NCBI GenBank assembly: GCA_040772485.1
Contig: JAXGYC010000007.1
Coordinates: 480,001 to 544,000 of the forward strand
Direction of reading: 5' to 3'
Source of the DNA: Sedimentisphaerales bacterium
GTDB lineage: Bacteria > Planctomycetota > Phycisphaerae > Sedimentisphaerales > Anaerobacaceae
Length of the DNA stretch: 64,000 nucleotides
In this document: positions 33,441-43,961 of the stretch, piece after piece
Layout of the letters: every line of letters starts with the position of its first letter
Numbering within the stretch: position 1 is the first letter of the stretch
The notes under the pieces: model-generated
Databases searched by the model: none
What the model saw: only the letters and a program-made list of their open reading frames with translations
What the model was told of the DNA's origin: nothing
Made by a program: the position numbers and the translations under genes

Positions 33441-33764
33441 CTACAGGTTCGCATGGTTGCGGCTGCGCGCCGGGCTGCCGCTGGGACTCCGCGTTGACGC
33501 GCCGGCCTTCTTCTGCCGCGAGACAATGGCCGCGTCAACGCGCGAGATAAAAAGCCCCACGTCCGGCGTCATCACCTTGTCCCCGAAGCCGGCGCTGTTC
33601 ATCAGACGCACCATCTCCGTCGCCTCCCAGAAATCGTCCGACTCCCGGATGGCCTTCGCCTCCTCGCGCGTCAGCGATTTCAGAAACCCGGGCAGACACC
33701 CGTCCCGCAGCGCCATCCCATAGTCGGCCAGCAATTCCTGGATCTCTCGATTCACATTTGCCAT
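33441..33764 (-). CDS. Hypothetical 107-aa protein (anti-sigma candidate)
   Basis: Directly downstream of the ECF sigma gene on the same strand. Confidence 0.6.
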   Translation of the reverse strand: MANVNREIQELLADYGMALRDGCLPGFLKSLTREEAKAIRESDDFWEATEMVRLMNSAGFGDKVMTPDVGLFISRVDAAIVSRQKKAGASTRSPSGSPARSRNHANL

Positions 33765-33790
33765 CGGTTGTCCACTTTCCACAGAAGACC

Positions 33791-34366
33791 TCAGTCCTCT
33801 TCGTCGGAATACTCTTTCATCATGCGCCGCAATTTCAAGATCGTCCGGAACTCCAGCATCTTGACGGCCCCCACCGTCGTCTTGAGCTGGATGGCGATCG
33901 CCCGGTTCGACATTCCCTGCATCCACATCTCGATGGCCTTGCGCTCGCGGGCCTTCAGCTTGCCCAGCATGCGATGCAACAGTTGCCGCAGCTCGGCCTG
34001 CTCGGTGATCTCGTGCAGGCCCATCTCCGGCGCCACCAGGTTCTCCAGGTCCGCCTGGGACAACGCCAGGTTCCGATTCATCCGCCGATACACCTCGCGG
34101 AGCCGCTTGCGCATGTAGTACAGATACACGGTGCGCAGCAGATGCGCGTCGTTGGCGATGTCACGCAAGTGATCCGGGTTTTCCCAAATGTCGGCATACA
34201 CATCTTCGAGCACATCCTCACATTCCACCTCGTTGCCGAGGTAGCGATACAAATGGCGGATGAAGACGTTGAACGTCGCCCGAACAAACGGTTCCATCGC
34301 CCGGCGACGCGACTCGGCATCCGGGCTCGTCAATCCCTTCAAGGCGTTACGCAGCCGCTTATCCAT
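33791..34366 (-). CDS. ECF-type RNA polymerase sigma factor
   Basis: Region 2 (YRYLGNEVECEDVLEDVY..IW) and region 4 (L..RER.AI...QGMSN..IA..L....GAVK....R). Confidence 0.85.
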   Translation of the reverse strand: MDKRLRNALKGLTSPDAESRRRAMEPFVRATFNVFIRHLYRYLGNEVECEDVLEDVYADIWENPDHLRDIANDAHLLRTVYLYYMRKRLREVYRRMNRNLALSQADLENLVAPEMGLHEITEQAELRQLLHRMLGKLKARERKAIEMWMQGMSNRAIAIQLKTTVGAVKMLEFRTILKLRRMMKEYSDEED

Positions 34367-34484
34367 ATCCGGTTGTGTCGTTCTCCACTTCGCGATTTTG
34401 GCGGCCCCGGCGTCTCCAACAAAGCCCGGGGCGCGGGGCACCATACCCCGCAAACCCGTATTGTATCGTGGATATTTGAGAAAC

Positions 34485-35756
34485 TCAACCGGCAAACGGC
34501 CGCGTTGCCCCCCTGTTTCGGTTCCCTGGGTACGACCGCATCGGGCGGTCCATCCTCTTGTCCAACCGACCGCCGGAATCCTTCGGCGCCGCCTCGGACG
34601 GCGTCGGACCGGAGATCGGCACTTCACTGAAATGGGACTGAAGCCATGTCCCGGCCAGGATCGCCACGTCGGCGAAATCCACCCGGCAGTCTCCGTTCAC
34701 GTCCCCGGCCGGCGGCGATGCGCAACCAGCCACATCCGGACCGTCCAGCAGGGCCGCATAGATGTTCCACGGCCCCCGACGGTTGTCCTGCCAGAGGACC
34801 GTGCTGCCGCTGATGACCGGATGGATCTGGTCGCCGGGATCGTCCGTGATTCGGAACGTCCGCCGAGTGACCAGGTTGTGGCCGTAGATGTCCCATTGCC
34901 CGTTGCGGTTGTCCTGCCACACGACCAGGTGTCCTTCGACGTCCGGATGACGCTGGTCGCCTTCGACGGAGGCGATCGCAAGCTCGGTCACCTGATTCTG
35001 GTCGGAAATCCGCGCGCCGAAGATGTCCCAGTCCCCGTAGAAGTCGTCCTCCCAGACGACCGTGTCGGCGTGAACGACCGCATTCTGCTGGTCGCCTTCG
35101 AGCAGGACCACCGCGAATTCCGCCGGTCGATCGCGCATCAGGATGTCCGCCGCCACGATGTCGTTGTCGCCGAAATAGCTGTCTTCCCACACCACCGTGG
35201 TGCGCCAGATGGATGGCCTCTGCTGGTCGCCTTCGAAGGCGGCGACGACGAATTCGCTCGGCCGCTCCGGGTCTGTCACGTCAGCGCCGAAGATGTTGTA
35301 GTCGCCGCCGCTGGTGTCCTGCCAGACGACCGTGTTGCCGTAGATGGCGGGCCTCTGCTCATCGTTGGCGGGGATGTCGGAAACGATGTAGCCGATCGGC
35401 TCGTCGAAGCGGCTCAGGTCCGCCATGCGGATGTCCCAGTCGGACGAGTCGCCCCAGACGATCAGGTCCTGCCAGACGACCCGGTGTCCGTAGACGGCCG
35501 GGTGCATCTGATCGTTCGCGTCGCCAATCACAGTGACCAGCGGGTTCTCGATATCGTTGAAATCGACAACGTAGACATCGTAGTCGCCAAACTGCGAGAC
35601 GAACTCGTGCCATACCGCCACGGTGCCGTGCAGATCGGGGTACTCCTGATCGTCCGGTCCCGGAAGGATGGGCCACTCGGCCCACGGTCCGGCCTGGACC
35701 GCCGGTCCGAGCACCAGCAACAGGAGCCACAGCGTTCTACCTCGGCAACGGAACAT
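34485..35756 (-). CDS. Secreted beta-propeller repeat protein with C-terminal dockerin-like motif
   Basis: About 7 repeats of DQ..P.(I/V)YG..VVW(Q/E)D..G..DI; GDVNGDCRVDFAD. Confidence 0.8.
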   Translation of the reverse strand: MFRCRGRTLWLLLLVLGPAVQAGPWAEWPILPGPDDQEYPDLHGTVAVWHEFVSQFGDYDVYVVDFNDIENPLVTVIGDANDQMHPAVYGHRVVWQDLIVWGDSSDWDIRMADLSRFDEPIGYIVSDIPANDEQRPAIYGNTVVWQDTSGGDYNIFGADVTDPERPSEFVVAAFEGDQQRPSIWRTTVVWEDSYFGDNDIVAADILMRDRPAEFAVVLLEGDQQNAVVHADTVVWEDDFYGDWDIFGARISDQNQVTELAIASVEGDQRHPDVEGHLVVWQDNRNGQWDIYGHNLVTRRTFRITDDPGDQIHPVISGSTVLWQDNRRGPWNIYAALLDGPDVAGCASPPAGDVNGDCRVDFADVAILAGTWLQSHFSEVPISGPTPSEAAPKDSGGRLDKRMDRPMRSYPGNRNRGATRPFAG

Positions 35757-38316
35757 CGTCTTCTTCCTTGGCCGGGCTCTCCGGACGACCCGCATTCACG
35801 GGAACCATCTGACCGTAGTGGGTGTTCGGATCGAGGTTCGGCGTCGTCTTCTCGACCGGCGCCTGCTGGTTCGCATCTTCCGACGCCGAGCTTTTCATCC
35901 GCTCGAGCACGTTGCTCTTGGACGACGCCGCCGGCGCCGCAGCGTCCGTTGTCACGGCGCCAGCGCCTGAAACACCCTGCGATCCAGCAGCGCCACCCGT
36001 CGTCCCGGCGGCCTCCTGCTTGTTCAGCACGTTCAGCAGCGCCTTCGCCGCCTGCGCGTTGCGGATATCCTGGCCCGCCTGCTCCAGCGGTCCGCGCGCA
36101 TACTCCATCTCGCCCACGCCCAGCAGGTGATAGCCCAGCAGAAGCTGGAGGTCCGCATCGAATCCATAGGCATCGACCTTGTCCAGCAGCTTCTCGAGCT
36201 GACCGAACAGAACCTCATCCTGCGAATAGAGGCCGCGAGGATAGAACACGCCCTCCTGCTCGGGCGAGGCGTTCTTCAGCGCCGCCCGCAGGGCCTCGGC
36301 CGCCTCGGAGTATTGGCCGTTGGCGAACAGCGCCTGGGCATAGGCGAACGGCAGGATCATGTCGTTCGGCGCCATGGACATGGCGGAGGCGAAGGCCTGC
36401 GCCGCCTCGGCATAGTTGCCGGCTTCGAAGCGGGTCACGCCCTCTTCGAATCGCGTATCGGCCTGTGTCGGGGCGCCCGGCTCTTTGGCCTGCTGCTCCC
36501 GGACTCTCTGCTGAACCCTCGCATAGGTCTCGGCATCAATCCCATACGGCAGGCCGCCCGAACTGGTCTGCGTCGTCTGGGTCGGGTAACCGCCGTCGCC
36601 GGTGTAGTAGTTGTAGGTGTAGTAATTGTACGTGTCGCCCTCGACCTCGCGCGGGATCGGGTAATAACCCATCCACACGTAGGGATGGTAGCCATACCAG
36701 TAGTACCGCACGTAGTCGTAATCCCAGGGCCACCAGCCGCCGAGGCTGATGAACACGTACTTGCGATGATAGTACGGATAGACCCAATGGTATCCGTGAT
36801 AGGGACCCCAGTCATAGTAGATCGGATAGTGGTATCGCGGCCAGATGATCCGATGGCACAGACGGTCGTAGTGATCGCGATAGACGTGCACGTGTCGCGG
36901 CTCATGACGAACGAGGTCCGGACGGTCGCGGTAGACCACCTGTGGCCGGACCGTGTGCTCGCGATGAATGCCGCCGAGGTCGCGCTGGACGACGCGGTCG
37001 GGCCGATGGCCGATGGACCGCTGCAAGCGCGGCTCCAGACTGGTCCGCTCCCGCAGTTCCGGGCCGGCGGTCCGAACACGTTCGTCGCGATCAACGGTGC
37101 TCTCGGTGCGAAGCCGTGCCGAGTCGGCCTTGCGGACACTGATGCGGTCGCGCGTGGCGTCCCGAATGCGGTCGATTCCCTCGCTGCTCGACGGCGAGCG
37201 CGACGTGATCGTCCGGCTGCGGTCCGCCGTAGCGTTGCGACTCATGTCACGACCGGACTCGAGCGCGCCGGAGCGGCTCGTCGACACAGAGTCTCCCGTT
37301 CGCGGCGTCGGATTCGGCCGCTGACGCTCCAAGCGCCCGACAATCTCGTCCCGCTGCTGCCGCGCATTCCGGCCGATGTCACTGGAACGGCTGCTCGATC
37401 GAGTCACATCTCTCGTCGGTGTCGAGCCGGTCGAAGGACTCTGAGGAGTCGGAGCTATCGTTCTCGTCTGCGGCGTCGGGGCCGGGCGATTGAAGACCGT
37501 TCGATCCCGCAGCCGCGAGTTGCTCGCTTCGGGCGATGGAGAGGCCTGCGTCAACGGCGTCATCGGCGTCGCCGACGGCGTGGCGACCTGGTCCATATCT
37601 CGCCTGCCGATGCGGCTGCCGATGCTGTTGGTCCGGCCCGGGCTCAACGTCCCTGACGGACTGGACACCGAGGGCGTTCGCACGATCGTCGAGCTGCCGG
37701 GATTGGGAGTGGCCGGCACGCTCGGCGAGATGCTCTCCGTCGAGGGTGTCAGCCGCCGGAAGGTGGTCGGCGTCCGCACATTGGAACGGATCGACGGGCT
37801 TGGTGCAACCGACCCCGACGAATTCGGCTGGCTCTGCCTGCTGATCGTGGGTTGTCTCTGGATGACCGACTCGCTTCGAGACGGAGTGGTGAACGACCGG
37901 CTCGGTGCCGAAGGCGCTGACGGTGCGGGCCGGCTGATGCTCGGCGACGGACTTCGCGTCGGCGTTCGGGTGACGGTGGAGTTGCTGCGCGTGCCCAACG
38001 AGCTGTTGCGGTTGATCTGCATCCTGGGCTGCGAGCCAACACTGATGCGCGGACTGACCGACCGGCTCGGAGCCATCGAGGGCATGGATCGCTGTGGCAT
38101 CGACCGCGGGGCCGACTGGATCGACCGGCTGGGCGCGGGGCGCGATATCGACGGAGCCGACCGGCTCGGCGACGACCGGCTGGCCTGGCCCCCGCCGCTG
38201 CGCGAGCCCCGCTCGCTCCGCTGGGCCTCGGCCGACGGGGCAAGCAACAAGGCCGCCCCCACGGCGATGGCCCCCGCTATCATCAAAGAATCGAATTTTT
38301 TCTTCGTCGAAAACAT
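35737..38316 (-). CDS. Exported protein with S/R/P/T-rich disordered region, Y/H/W-rich segment and C-terminal TPR
   Basis: Signal peptide (AEA|Q), ~450 aa low complexity, aromatic-rich block, TPR motifs (FEAGNYAEAA, AQALFANGQY). Confidence 0.8.
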   Translation of the reverse strand: MFSTKKKFDSLMIAGAIAVGAALLLAPSAEAQRSERGSRSGGGQASRSSPSRSAPSISRPAPSRSIQSAPRSMPQRSMPSMAPSRSVSPRISVGSQPRMQINRNSSLGTRSNSTVTRTPTRSPSPSISRPAPSAPSAPSRSFTTPSRSESVIQRQPTISRQSQPNSSGSVAPSPSIRSNVRTPTTFRRLTPSTESISPSVPATPNPGSSTIVRTPSVSSPSGTLSPGRTNSIGSRIGRRDMDQVATPSATPMTPLTQASPSPEASNSRLRDRTVFNRPAPTPQTRTIAPTPQSPSTGSTPTRDVTRSSSRSSDIGRNARQQRDEIVGRLERQRPNPTPRTGDSVSTSRSGALESGRDMSRNATADRSRTITSRSPSSSEGIDRIRDATRDRISVRKADSARLRTESTVDRDERVRTAGPELRERTSLEPRLQRSIGHRPDRVVQRDLGGIHREHTVRPQVVYRDRPDLVRHEPRHVHVYRDHYDRLCHRIIWPRYHYPIYYDWGPYHGYHWVYPYYHRKYVFISLGGWWPWDYDYVRYYWYGYHPYVWMGYYPIPREVEGDTYNYYTYNYYTGDGGYPTQTTQTSSGGLPYGIDAETYARVQQRVREQQAKEPGAPTQADTRFEEGVTRFEAGNYAEAAQAFASAMSMAPNDMILPFAYAQALFANGQYSEAAEALRAALKNASPEQEGVFYPRGLYSQDEVLFGQLEKLLDKVDAYGFDADLQLLLGYHLLGVGEMEYARGPLEQAGQDIRNAQAAKALLNVLNKQEAAGTTGGAAGSQGVSGAGAVTTDAAAPAASSKSNVLERMKSSASEDANQQAPVEKTTPNLDPNTHYGQMVPVNAGRPESPAKEEDDVPLPR

Positions 38317-38581
38317 CGTTGATCTCCTTTCCCCGGCGGCGGTTCTTCTTCTCCGGCAACCCGGGACTCCCCTTCCCGCATCACCGCCGGCACCCTACAC
38401 GCCTTGTGAGATCACTGTGGCCGCCAGCCCAAGATACACCGGACAAGCCATAAAGCCAATTGAAAAAAGAGCTTAAGAGCCGCGACGCCGGAACCGAGCC
38501 AATCCCATCCATGACCCCGTACTCCTGTCGAGACCCTCTTTTTCTACCCGCAAAAGGCCCCAAAGTTGCCCCCGGTCACAT

Positions 38582-38625
38582 AAAAAAAGCCCGTGTGCAG
38601 ATTTTCCCCGTTTGGCCATACGGGC
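38582..38625 (-). terminator. Possible intrinsic terminator of the 38668-40863 gene
   Basis: Minus strand GCCCGTATG...CACACGGGC followed by T7; long loop. Confidence 0.45.
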
Positions 38626-38667
38626 GCAGCGCTGCCGTCGGCACGGATCTGAGCCGGACCAGAGAGG

Positions 38668-40863
38668 CTATTGGGGGGATTTGCTGGCTTGGGTGGTGCC
38701 GCCGTAGGCGCCCATGTTGATGCGCGAGCCGTTGGGCGCCGGCTCGTCGCCGACGGGGTCGTCCGGATCGCCCGCGTCGATGCAGGGACTCGTGCTATCG
38801 TCGCGGACCCAAGTCTGCTCGTCGGGGTCCCAGCGGCCGGACTGCGACTGGAGGTGGAAATCGGCGCCGGCCGCGTCCGCAAAGAGCGGATCGGCGTCGA
38901 TGTTGCCGTCGCCCCACGCGACCGTCGACTGGCCGCCCGATACGGACACTGCCGCCCGCCCGCCTTCGATGTCGCTGTAGGACACGGTCACGTGCGAACT
39001 GCGATCCGCGATCTCCGTGTTCGAGCTGTCGGCCAGCGTGATCGGCTGCGGACAGTCCCAGATGATGCAGTTGACGAGCGTCGCGGTTCCGCCGCCGGGC
39101 GGCAGATTGTACGGCGGCCCCCACCGCCCGAGGTCGAACAGCCGCACGCCCCGCCCGCAGCCGACGATCGTGTTGTTCACCAGCAAGGCCTCGCACGAAT
39201 TCTCCACCGCGACGCCGGCCGCACTGCAATCGTAGATCACGTTGTTCATCAGCACGGGAGAGCACCGGCCCCGCAAGACTACGCCGTGGTCGTCGCTGCC
39301 CGCGATGACGTTGCCGACCAGCACCGCCGAGCAATTCGTCGGGTTGATCATGTCGTCGTGAGCCGGGTTCAGGAACACGTTGTTGCGCACCAGCGGCGGC
39401 GGCTCGCTCTCGCCCCACAAATCGACGTCGTCGTTGTCGCCCCGCTTGCCCGTGAAGAAGCAGTCTTCGACGAGCACGTACGAATACCGCGTGTGGATGC
39501 TCTGCCCGATGGCGAGGAACTGGCAGCCGGTGATGTGCGCGCTGCCGGGGCCCGGATGATTCGGGTCGTCCGAGGTGATCGCGATCGCGTCGCCCTCGGC
39601 GCCGCCGCTCGCGTCGGGCAGATTGCGAAAGACGCAGTCGTTGACATCGATGTGACAGGCCAGCGCCACGATCGCCTCGTGATAGTTGCGCGGCCCTTCC
39701 ATGTAGTAGTCCTGGTGCTCGCCCTCGCTGTCGGCATACTCGAAGATGCAGTGGTCGAGCCGGCTATCGTTGGCATCGACGAACCGGATCTGCTTCCACG
39801 CGGTGCCCGCGCCATGCTGCGTCACGAGAATCGGCTGCGCTTCGGTCCCCCGGGCCAGAAGCTGCCCGTAGACCACCAGCGAGACGCCGGATCGCATCAG
39901 CAGGGCCGTCCCCGGTTCGATCGTCAGCACGACGTCCGTCGGCACGGTGACGGTCTCGTCCACCACATAGGCGCCCGACAGAGTCGCATCGGACGCCAGC
40001 TTGCCCGCGATCCGGTTGTCGGGTGGAAGGTAAATGATCCTGGCCGAACCCGAATCGACCTCGTTGCCGGCGGCGTCGAGCGCGACGGCCGTCACCTCTC
40101 GCAAGCCCGCAGGCAGCCAGAGCCCGCACGTCCACGTCCCGTCGGCCGGGTCGAAGTCGATTTCGAAGCCGTCGATTGTCACCACAGCGGCCTCCGCCGC
40201 ATCGGTCCGCCCGCTCAACGTCACGATCTGCTCCGTGACGATCCACGCGTCGCCGGCCCGAAGCGTCTCGGACGGCATTCGCAGCACCGGCAGCAGGGAG
40301 AAGTCGCTGCTGCCGGCCGAGGCGTTGTGTCCCTCGATGGCCAGGACGTTGACGCCCTCGACGAGCAGATCGGCCGCCGGACCCAGCGTAATCGTCTCAG
40401 GCGTTCCGGCCTCGTGCGATGACGCGGTCGTCTCGAACGTCGCAGGTCCCTCGGGCACATTGCGCCGCGCCACCTCCCGCCCGTTCAGGTAGGCGATGAA
40501 GCCATCGTCGTAGTCGATCTCCAGTTCCAGCGCGCCGTCGCCGACAGGCGCTGCAACAGAGAACGTCGTGCGGATGTGCAGCGTCACGTAGCGACCCTGC
40601 ATGTCGGCCAGGACCGTGGCGTCGTCGTTGTCGCCATAGCCGAAGCCCGCCGGACCGGCCGGCCAGGCCGAATCGTCGAAGTCCGATTGAGTCCACGCCT
40701 CCGCCGGCTCGCTCGCCGCCTCCGCACCAGCCAGGTAGTGCCATGTCCGGCCGGCCTCGACGAGCGTCACCGTCTCCGACCCAAGCTGAATCGTCATCGC
40801 ACCAGCCCGACCCGCCATCGCCAGAATGCAGAGCAGCCCCAAGCGCATCCCAAACCGCGTCAT
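38668..40863 (-). CDS. Secreted right-handed parallel beta-helix repeat protein
   Basis: Signal peptide, FDDSAW..G..GFGYGD and YDDGFIAYLNG domain, PbH1 repeats, C-terminal SPCIDAG...RINMGAYGG. Confidence 0.82.
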   Translation of the reverse strand: MTRFGMRLGLLCILAMAGRAGAMTIQLGSETVTLVEAGRTWHYLAGAEAASEPAEAWTQSDFDDSAWPAGPAGFGYGDNDDATVLADMQGRYVTLHIRTTFSVAAPVGDGALELEIDYDDGFIAYLNGREVARRNVPEGPATFETTASSHEAGTPETITLGPAADLLVEGVNVLAIEGHNASAGSSDFSLLPVLRMPSETLRAGDAWIVTEQIVTLSGRTDAAEAAVVTIDGFEIDFDPADGTWTCGLWLPAGLREVTAVALDAAGNEVDSGSARIIYLPPDNRIAGKLASDATLSGAYVVDETVTVPTDVVLTIEPGTALLMRSGVSLVVYGQLLARGTEAQPILVTQHGAGTAWKQIRFVDANDSRLDHCIFEYADSEGEHQDYYMEGPRNYHEAIVALACHIDVNDCVFRNLPDASGGAEGDAIAITSDDPNHPGPGSAHITGCQFLAIGQSIHTRYSYVLVEDCFFTGKRGDNDDVDLWGESEPPPLVRNNVFLNPAHDDMINPTNCSAVLVGNVIAGSDDHGVVLRGRCSPVLMNNVIYDCSAAGVAVENSCEALLVNNTIVGCGRGVRLFDLGRWGPPYNLPPGGGTATLVNCIIWDCPQPITLADSSNTEIADRSSHVTVSYSDIEGGRAAVSVSGGQSTVAWGDGNIDADPLFADAAGADFHLQSQSGRWDPDEQTWVRDDSTSPCIDAGDPDDPVGDEPAPNGSRINMGAYGGTTQASKSPQ

Positions 40864-40993
40864 GAGAGTTCCTCCAAAACCCTTGCCCGCCGCCCACCCC
40901 GGGCCGACTCCTCCATTATACCCAATCCCGCCGCTGGTGCGTATCTCGTATCTCGTGAGGAACCGCAGAACGCTATGGCACGCCAATTCCGCT

Positions 40994-41073
40994 GTTCGTA
41001 GTGGCGTCGTAAGACGCTATCTCCCTGTCGGCTCGCCCCCCAAACCCTGCGCCCTCACGGGCACACTGCAAAC
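40994..41073. repeat. REP doublet (REPIN-like)
   Basis: GTAG-TGGCGTC-GTAA-GACGCTA facing an inverted GCAG-TGTGCCC-GTGA-GGGC. Confidence 0.6.
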
Positions 41074-41374
41074 GCCGCAGTTGCAGGTTGCGCTGCAATC
41101 TCCGCCAACGGTCTGCCCCCGAAACCATATCCCAGCCCACCATCCCCGAGCCGGCGTTTGAGACTGCCACGAGCCGCATCCACGCTGCCACCCATTTACG
41201 ATGCCGCCACAAGCGACGGCTCCAAAGCTGAGTCGTGTTTAACGAATACCCCGGAAATCATTCGCAATCCCACGCGGGGTGCACTATCCTGTTGTTTGAA
41301 AGGCCATGCGATGCCGTCGCGCATGGCTATAGGGGGACTGTCGGCTTCATGAGACCGAATGGGAAATCCCAATC

Positions 41375-42835
41375 ATGATCAAGTATAAGCACGTTCTCGC
41401 GTTGAACCCGTACTTCGCCCATACCACGGCGATCATGGGTCTGTTTCCGCCCACCGGCCTGGAGTACATCGTCGCCAGCATGAAAGACCTGGTCGGCAGA
41501 GTGACCCAGCTCGACCTTCGCTATGAGAAGGCCTACCAGGACCCGGCGGCGCTCGGCGCGTTCATCCGCCGGGACGTCGATCTCGTGTGCGTCAGCATCC
41601 GCTGGCACACGCAGTTCGAGAGAATCTGCGACTTCGTCGCCCAACTGCCCGATGAGGTCCCGATCGTCGTCGGGGGCTACGAGGCAACTCTGGAGGTCGA
41701 GCAGTTGTTTGAGCGATGCCCGAACATCGATATGGTCGTGCGCGGCGAGGGCGAGGAGATTGTCAAGCAGATCGTGACCGGCGTGCCATACGAGGAGATT
41801 CGCGGGCTTTCTTTCCGACGCAACGGCCGGATCGTCCACAACGAGAACCAAGTCCTGCCCGACCTGGCGCATATCGCCTATCCGGACCGGTCTTTGCGCC
41901 GGCATGATTACTACTGGCTGCAAGGGGGCTGTCGGCTCAGCCGGCAGACGTTCGACACGGTGCTCACCACGCGGGGCTGTCCCTTCAAGTGCAAGTTCTG
42001 TACCTTCAGTCTCAACCCGCTCGGGCAAAAGCGGGAGTACACGGAGCGGCCGATCGAATCGGTGATCGAGGAACTCAAGGGCATCACCGCCGATATTGTG
42101 CTCTTCAGCGACGACAACATGTTCACAAACCTTCAGCGCAGCGAGCGGCTTTGCGATCTGATCATCGAAAGCGGCATCAAGAAGATGTTCGTCGTTCAGG
42201 CCCGCGTCGACATCGCCAAACACCCCAGGATACTCGACAAAGCGCAGCAGGCCGGCTTCAAGATCTTCCTGATGGGGATCGAGTCGCCGCACGACCGCAT
42301 CCTGAGCCAACTGCAAAAGGGCATCACGCAGCAGGTGATTCGGGATTCGATGGCGGTCTTGACACAGTACGACTTTCTCCTGCACGGCTACTTCATCTAC
42401 GGCAATATCGGCGAGACCGAAGAAGAGATGCTCTATATCGCCAGGTTCGCCAGGGAGATCGGGCTGGACACCATCAGCTATCAGAAGCTCCGCATCGAGA
42501 AATTCTCGCCCTTGAAGGAGGTGGTCGAGAGCACGCCGGGCTATTATTACGGGCGCATCGGCGGCCACGTCTATTCCGACCGCTACGGTCGCGAAGAGCT
42601 CAAACGGATCCGCAGCCGAATCAGCCGCGAGTTCTACACCCCTCGGCAGTTGCTCCGGATCGTCAAGAAGGCCCGGCGGATTGGATTGGCTACCACACGC
42701 GACGTGGTCGTACCCCTGCTCAAGCTGCCGGCCCTCCTGGGCAGTGTGGCCATCGGCAAGGCACACAAGAAGAAGCAGCGAACCGCCGCAGGCGTCCAGG
42801 TCTCGCCAACGAACCACGCGCCGCCGGCCAAATGA
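41375..42835 (+). CDS. B12-binding-domain radical SAM protein
   Basis: PPTGLEYI, VVGG, VRGEGE, TRGCPFKCKFC, DDN, GIES. Confidence 0.9.
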   Translation: MIKYKHVLALNPYFAHTTAIMGLFPPTGLEYIVASMKDLVGRVTQLDLRYEKAYQDPAALGAFIRRDVDLVCVSIRWHTQFERICDFVAQLPDEVPIVVGGYEATLEVEQLFERCPNIDMVVRGEGEEIVKQIVTGVPYEEIRGLSFRRNGRIVHNENQVLPDLAHIAYPDRSLRRHDYYWLQGGCRLSRQTFDTVLTTRGCPFKCKFCTFSLNPLGQKREYTERPIESVIEELKGITADIVLFSDDNMFTNLQRSERLCDLIIESGIKKMFVVQARVDIAKHPRILDKAQQAGFKIFLMGIESPHDRILSQLQKGITQQVIRDSMAVLTQYDFLLHGYFIYGNIGETEEEMLYIARFAREIGLDTISYQKLRIEKFSPLKEVVESTPGYYYGRIGGHVYSDRYGREELKRIRSRISREFYTPRQLLRIVKKARRIGLATTRDVVVPLLKLPALLGSVAIGKAHKKKQRTAAGVQVSPTNHAPPAK

Positions 42836-42860
42836 GCGCGGACCGAGTCCGGCGGTAGCA

Positions 42861-43020
42861 GTAGAGTGGGGCTTGCCCCACCACCTCGCTGCCAGCGTTT
42901 GTATGCCCTCACGGGCACACTACGAGCGGCATCTCGTGAGCGAGCGACGAGCTACGAGCAACGAGATACGAGATTCGAGCAAAGCCTGCCCCGAGCGACG
43001 AGCGACGAGCGACGAGATGC
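42861..43020. repeat. Cluster of REP-like hairpins and GAG(C/A)NAC-type heptamer tandem repeats
   Basis: GTAGAGTGGGGCTTGCCCCACC, TGCCCTCACGGGCACACTAC, heptamers at 42942-42983 and 42993-43020. Confidence 0.7.
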
Positions 43021-43133
43021 CACCGACGGCCGTCAAAACGGTGCAGCGGCAACCACTCCGGGCTGCCGCTGCGGTCTGACCGTCTGAAGGATTGTCGTAC
43101 GACGGCCCGCGGAACGGGCCGTGGGATTCGAGA

Positions 43134-43961
43134 TTACCACCAGTGGTACGGCGCCGTGTTGTCGTTCCCACCGGGTGAGAAGCGATACTGCATCTCGGAG
43201 AAATTGCGCCATTCCTGGTGAGCATCGAGGAAGACGATATTGCTGCCTTCCGGCCGGCTGCCACGCCGCAGATGGTTCGTGCGGTCGTAAAGCTGGTGCT
43301 GGCTGAACAGGCCACCGACCACCTCGACAAAGTTGCCGTTCTCGGGATCGTTCTGCATGCTCAGCGTCGCATCGGCGATCAGCTCGACCTTGGCGGCGCC
43401 CTTATCGTTGAGTGTCTTGGCCCACTTCTTCGGCTCGGTGCCTGCCTCGTAAAGCGGAGGCTTTCCGCGCCCGACTTCGGTGTCCATCATCCAGAAATAG
43501 CTGGTCACACGATAGGTGGTCCTGCGGTTCTGAGCCGACTCATCGACGCGCTCCACCGGAGTCCCGTACGGCGGGCTTTGGCCGAACTGCCAAACGATGG
43601 ACATATCGCCGTTCTTCGACAGGTCCGCGGGACAGTAGAAAATATCCCGACTTCCGCCGGCGCTTTTGATGATGAAGTCGGTCGTGAAGTACGAGATGTC
43701 CCAGAGCCACCAGGTACCGTGATTCAGCGGCAGCTTCGCGTCATTCTCGTTGGCGTACATGTGCAGGCCCAAGGCCAGTTGCTTGAGGTTGTTGGCGCAG
43801 GTGACCTTGCGGGACTGCTCCCGGGCGCGTTGCAGCGCGGGCATCAGGATGCCCATCAGCAACGCGATGATGGCGATGACCACCAGCAGCTCGATCAGCG
43901 TAAAGGCGCCATTCCTTCTGCGCCGCCCACGGTGATTGCCTCTGACAACGTGCATCTGCAT
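43134..43961 (-). CDS. Prepilin-type N-terminal cleavage/methylation protein (DUF1559-like)
   Basis: [40 protein letters not shown]...[10 protein letters not shown]. Confidence 0.9.
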   Translation of the reverse strand: MQMHVVRGNHRGRRRRNGAFTLIELLVVIAIIALLMGILMPALQRAREQSRKVTCANNLKQLALGLHMYANENDAKLPLNHGTWWLWDISYFTTDFIIKSAGGSRDIFYCPADLSKNGDMSIVWQFGQSPPYGTPVERVDESAQNRRTTYRVTSYFWMMDTEVGRGKPPLYEAGTEPKKWAKTLNDKGAAKVELIADATLSMQNDPENGNFVEVVGGLFSQHQLYDRTNHLRRGSRPEGSNIVFLDAHQEWRNFSEMQYRFSPGGNDNTAPYHWW

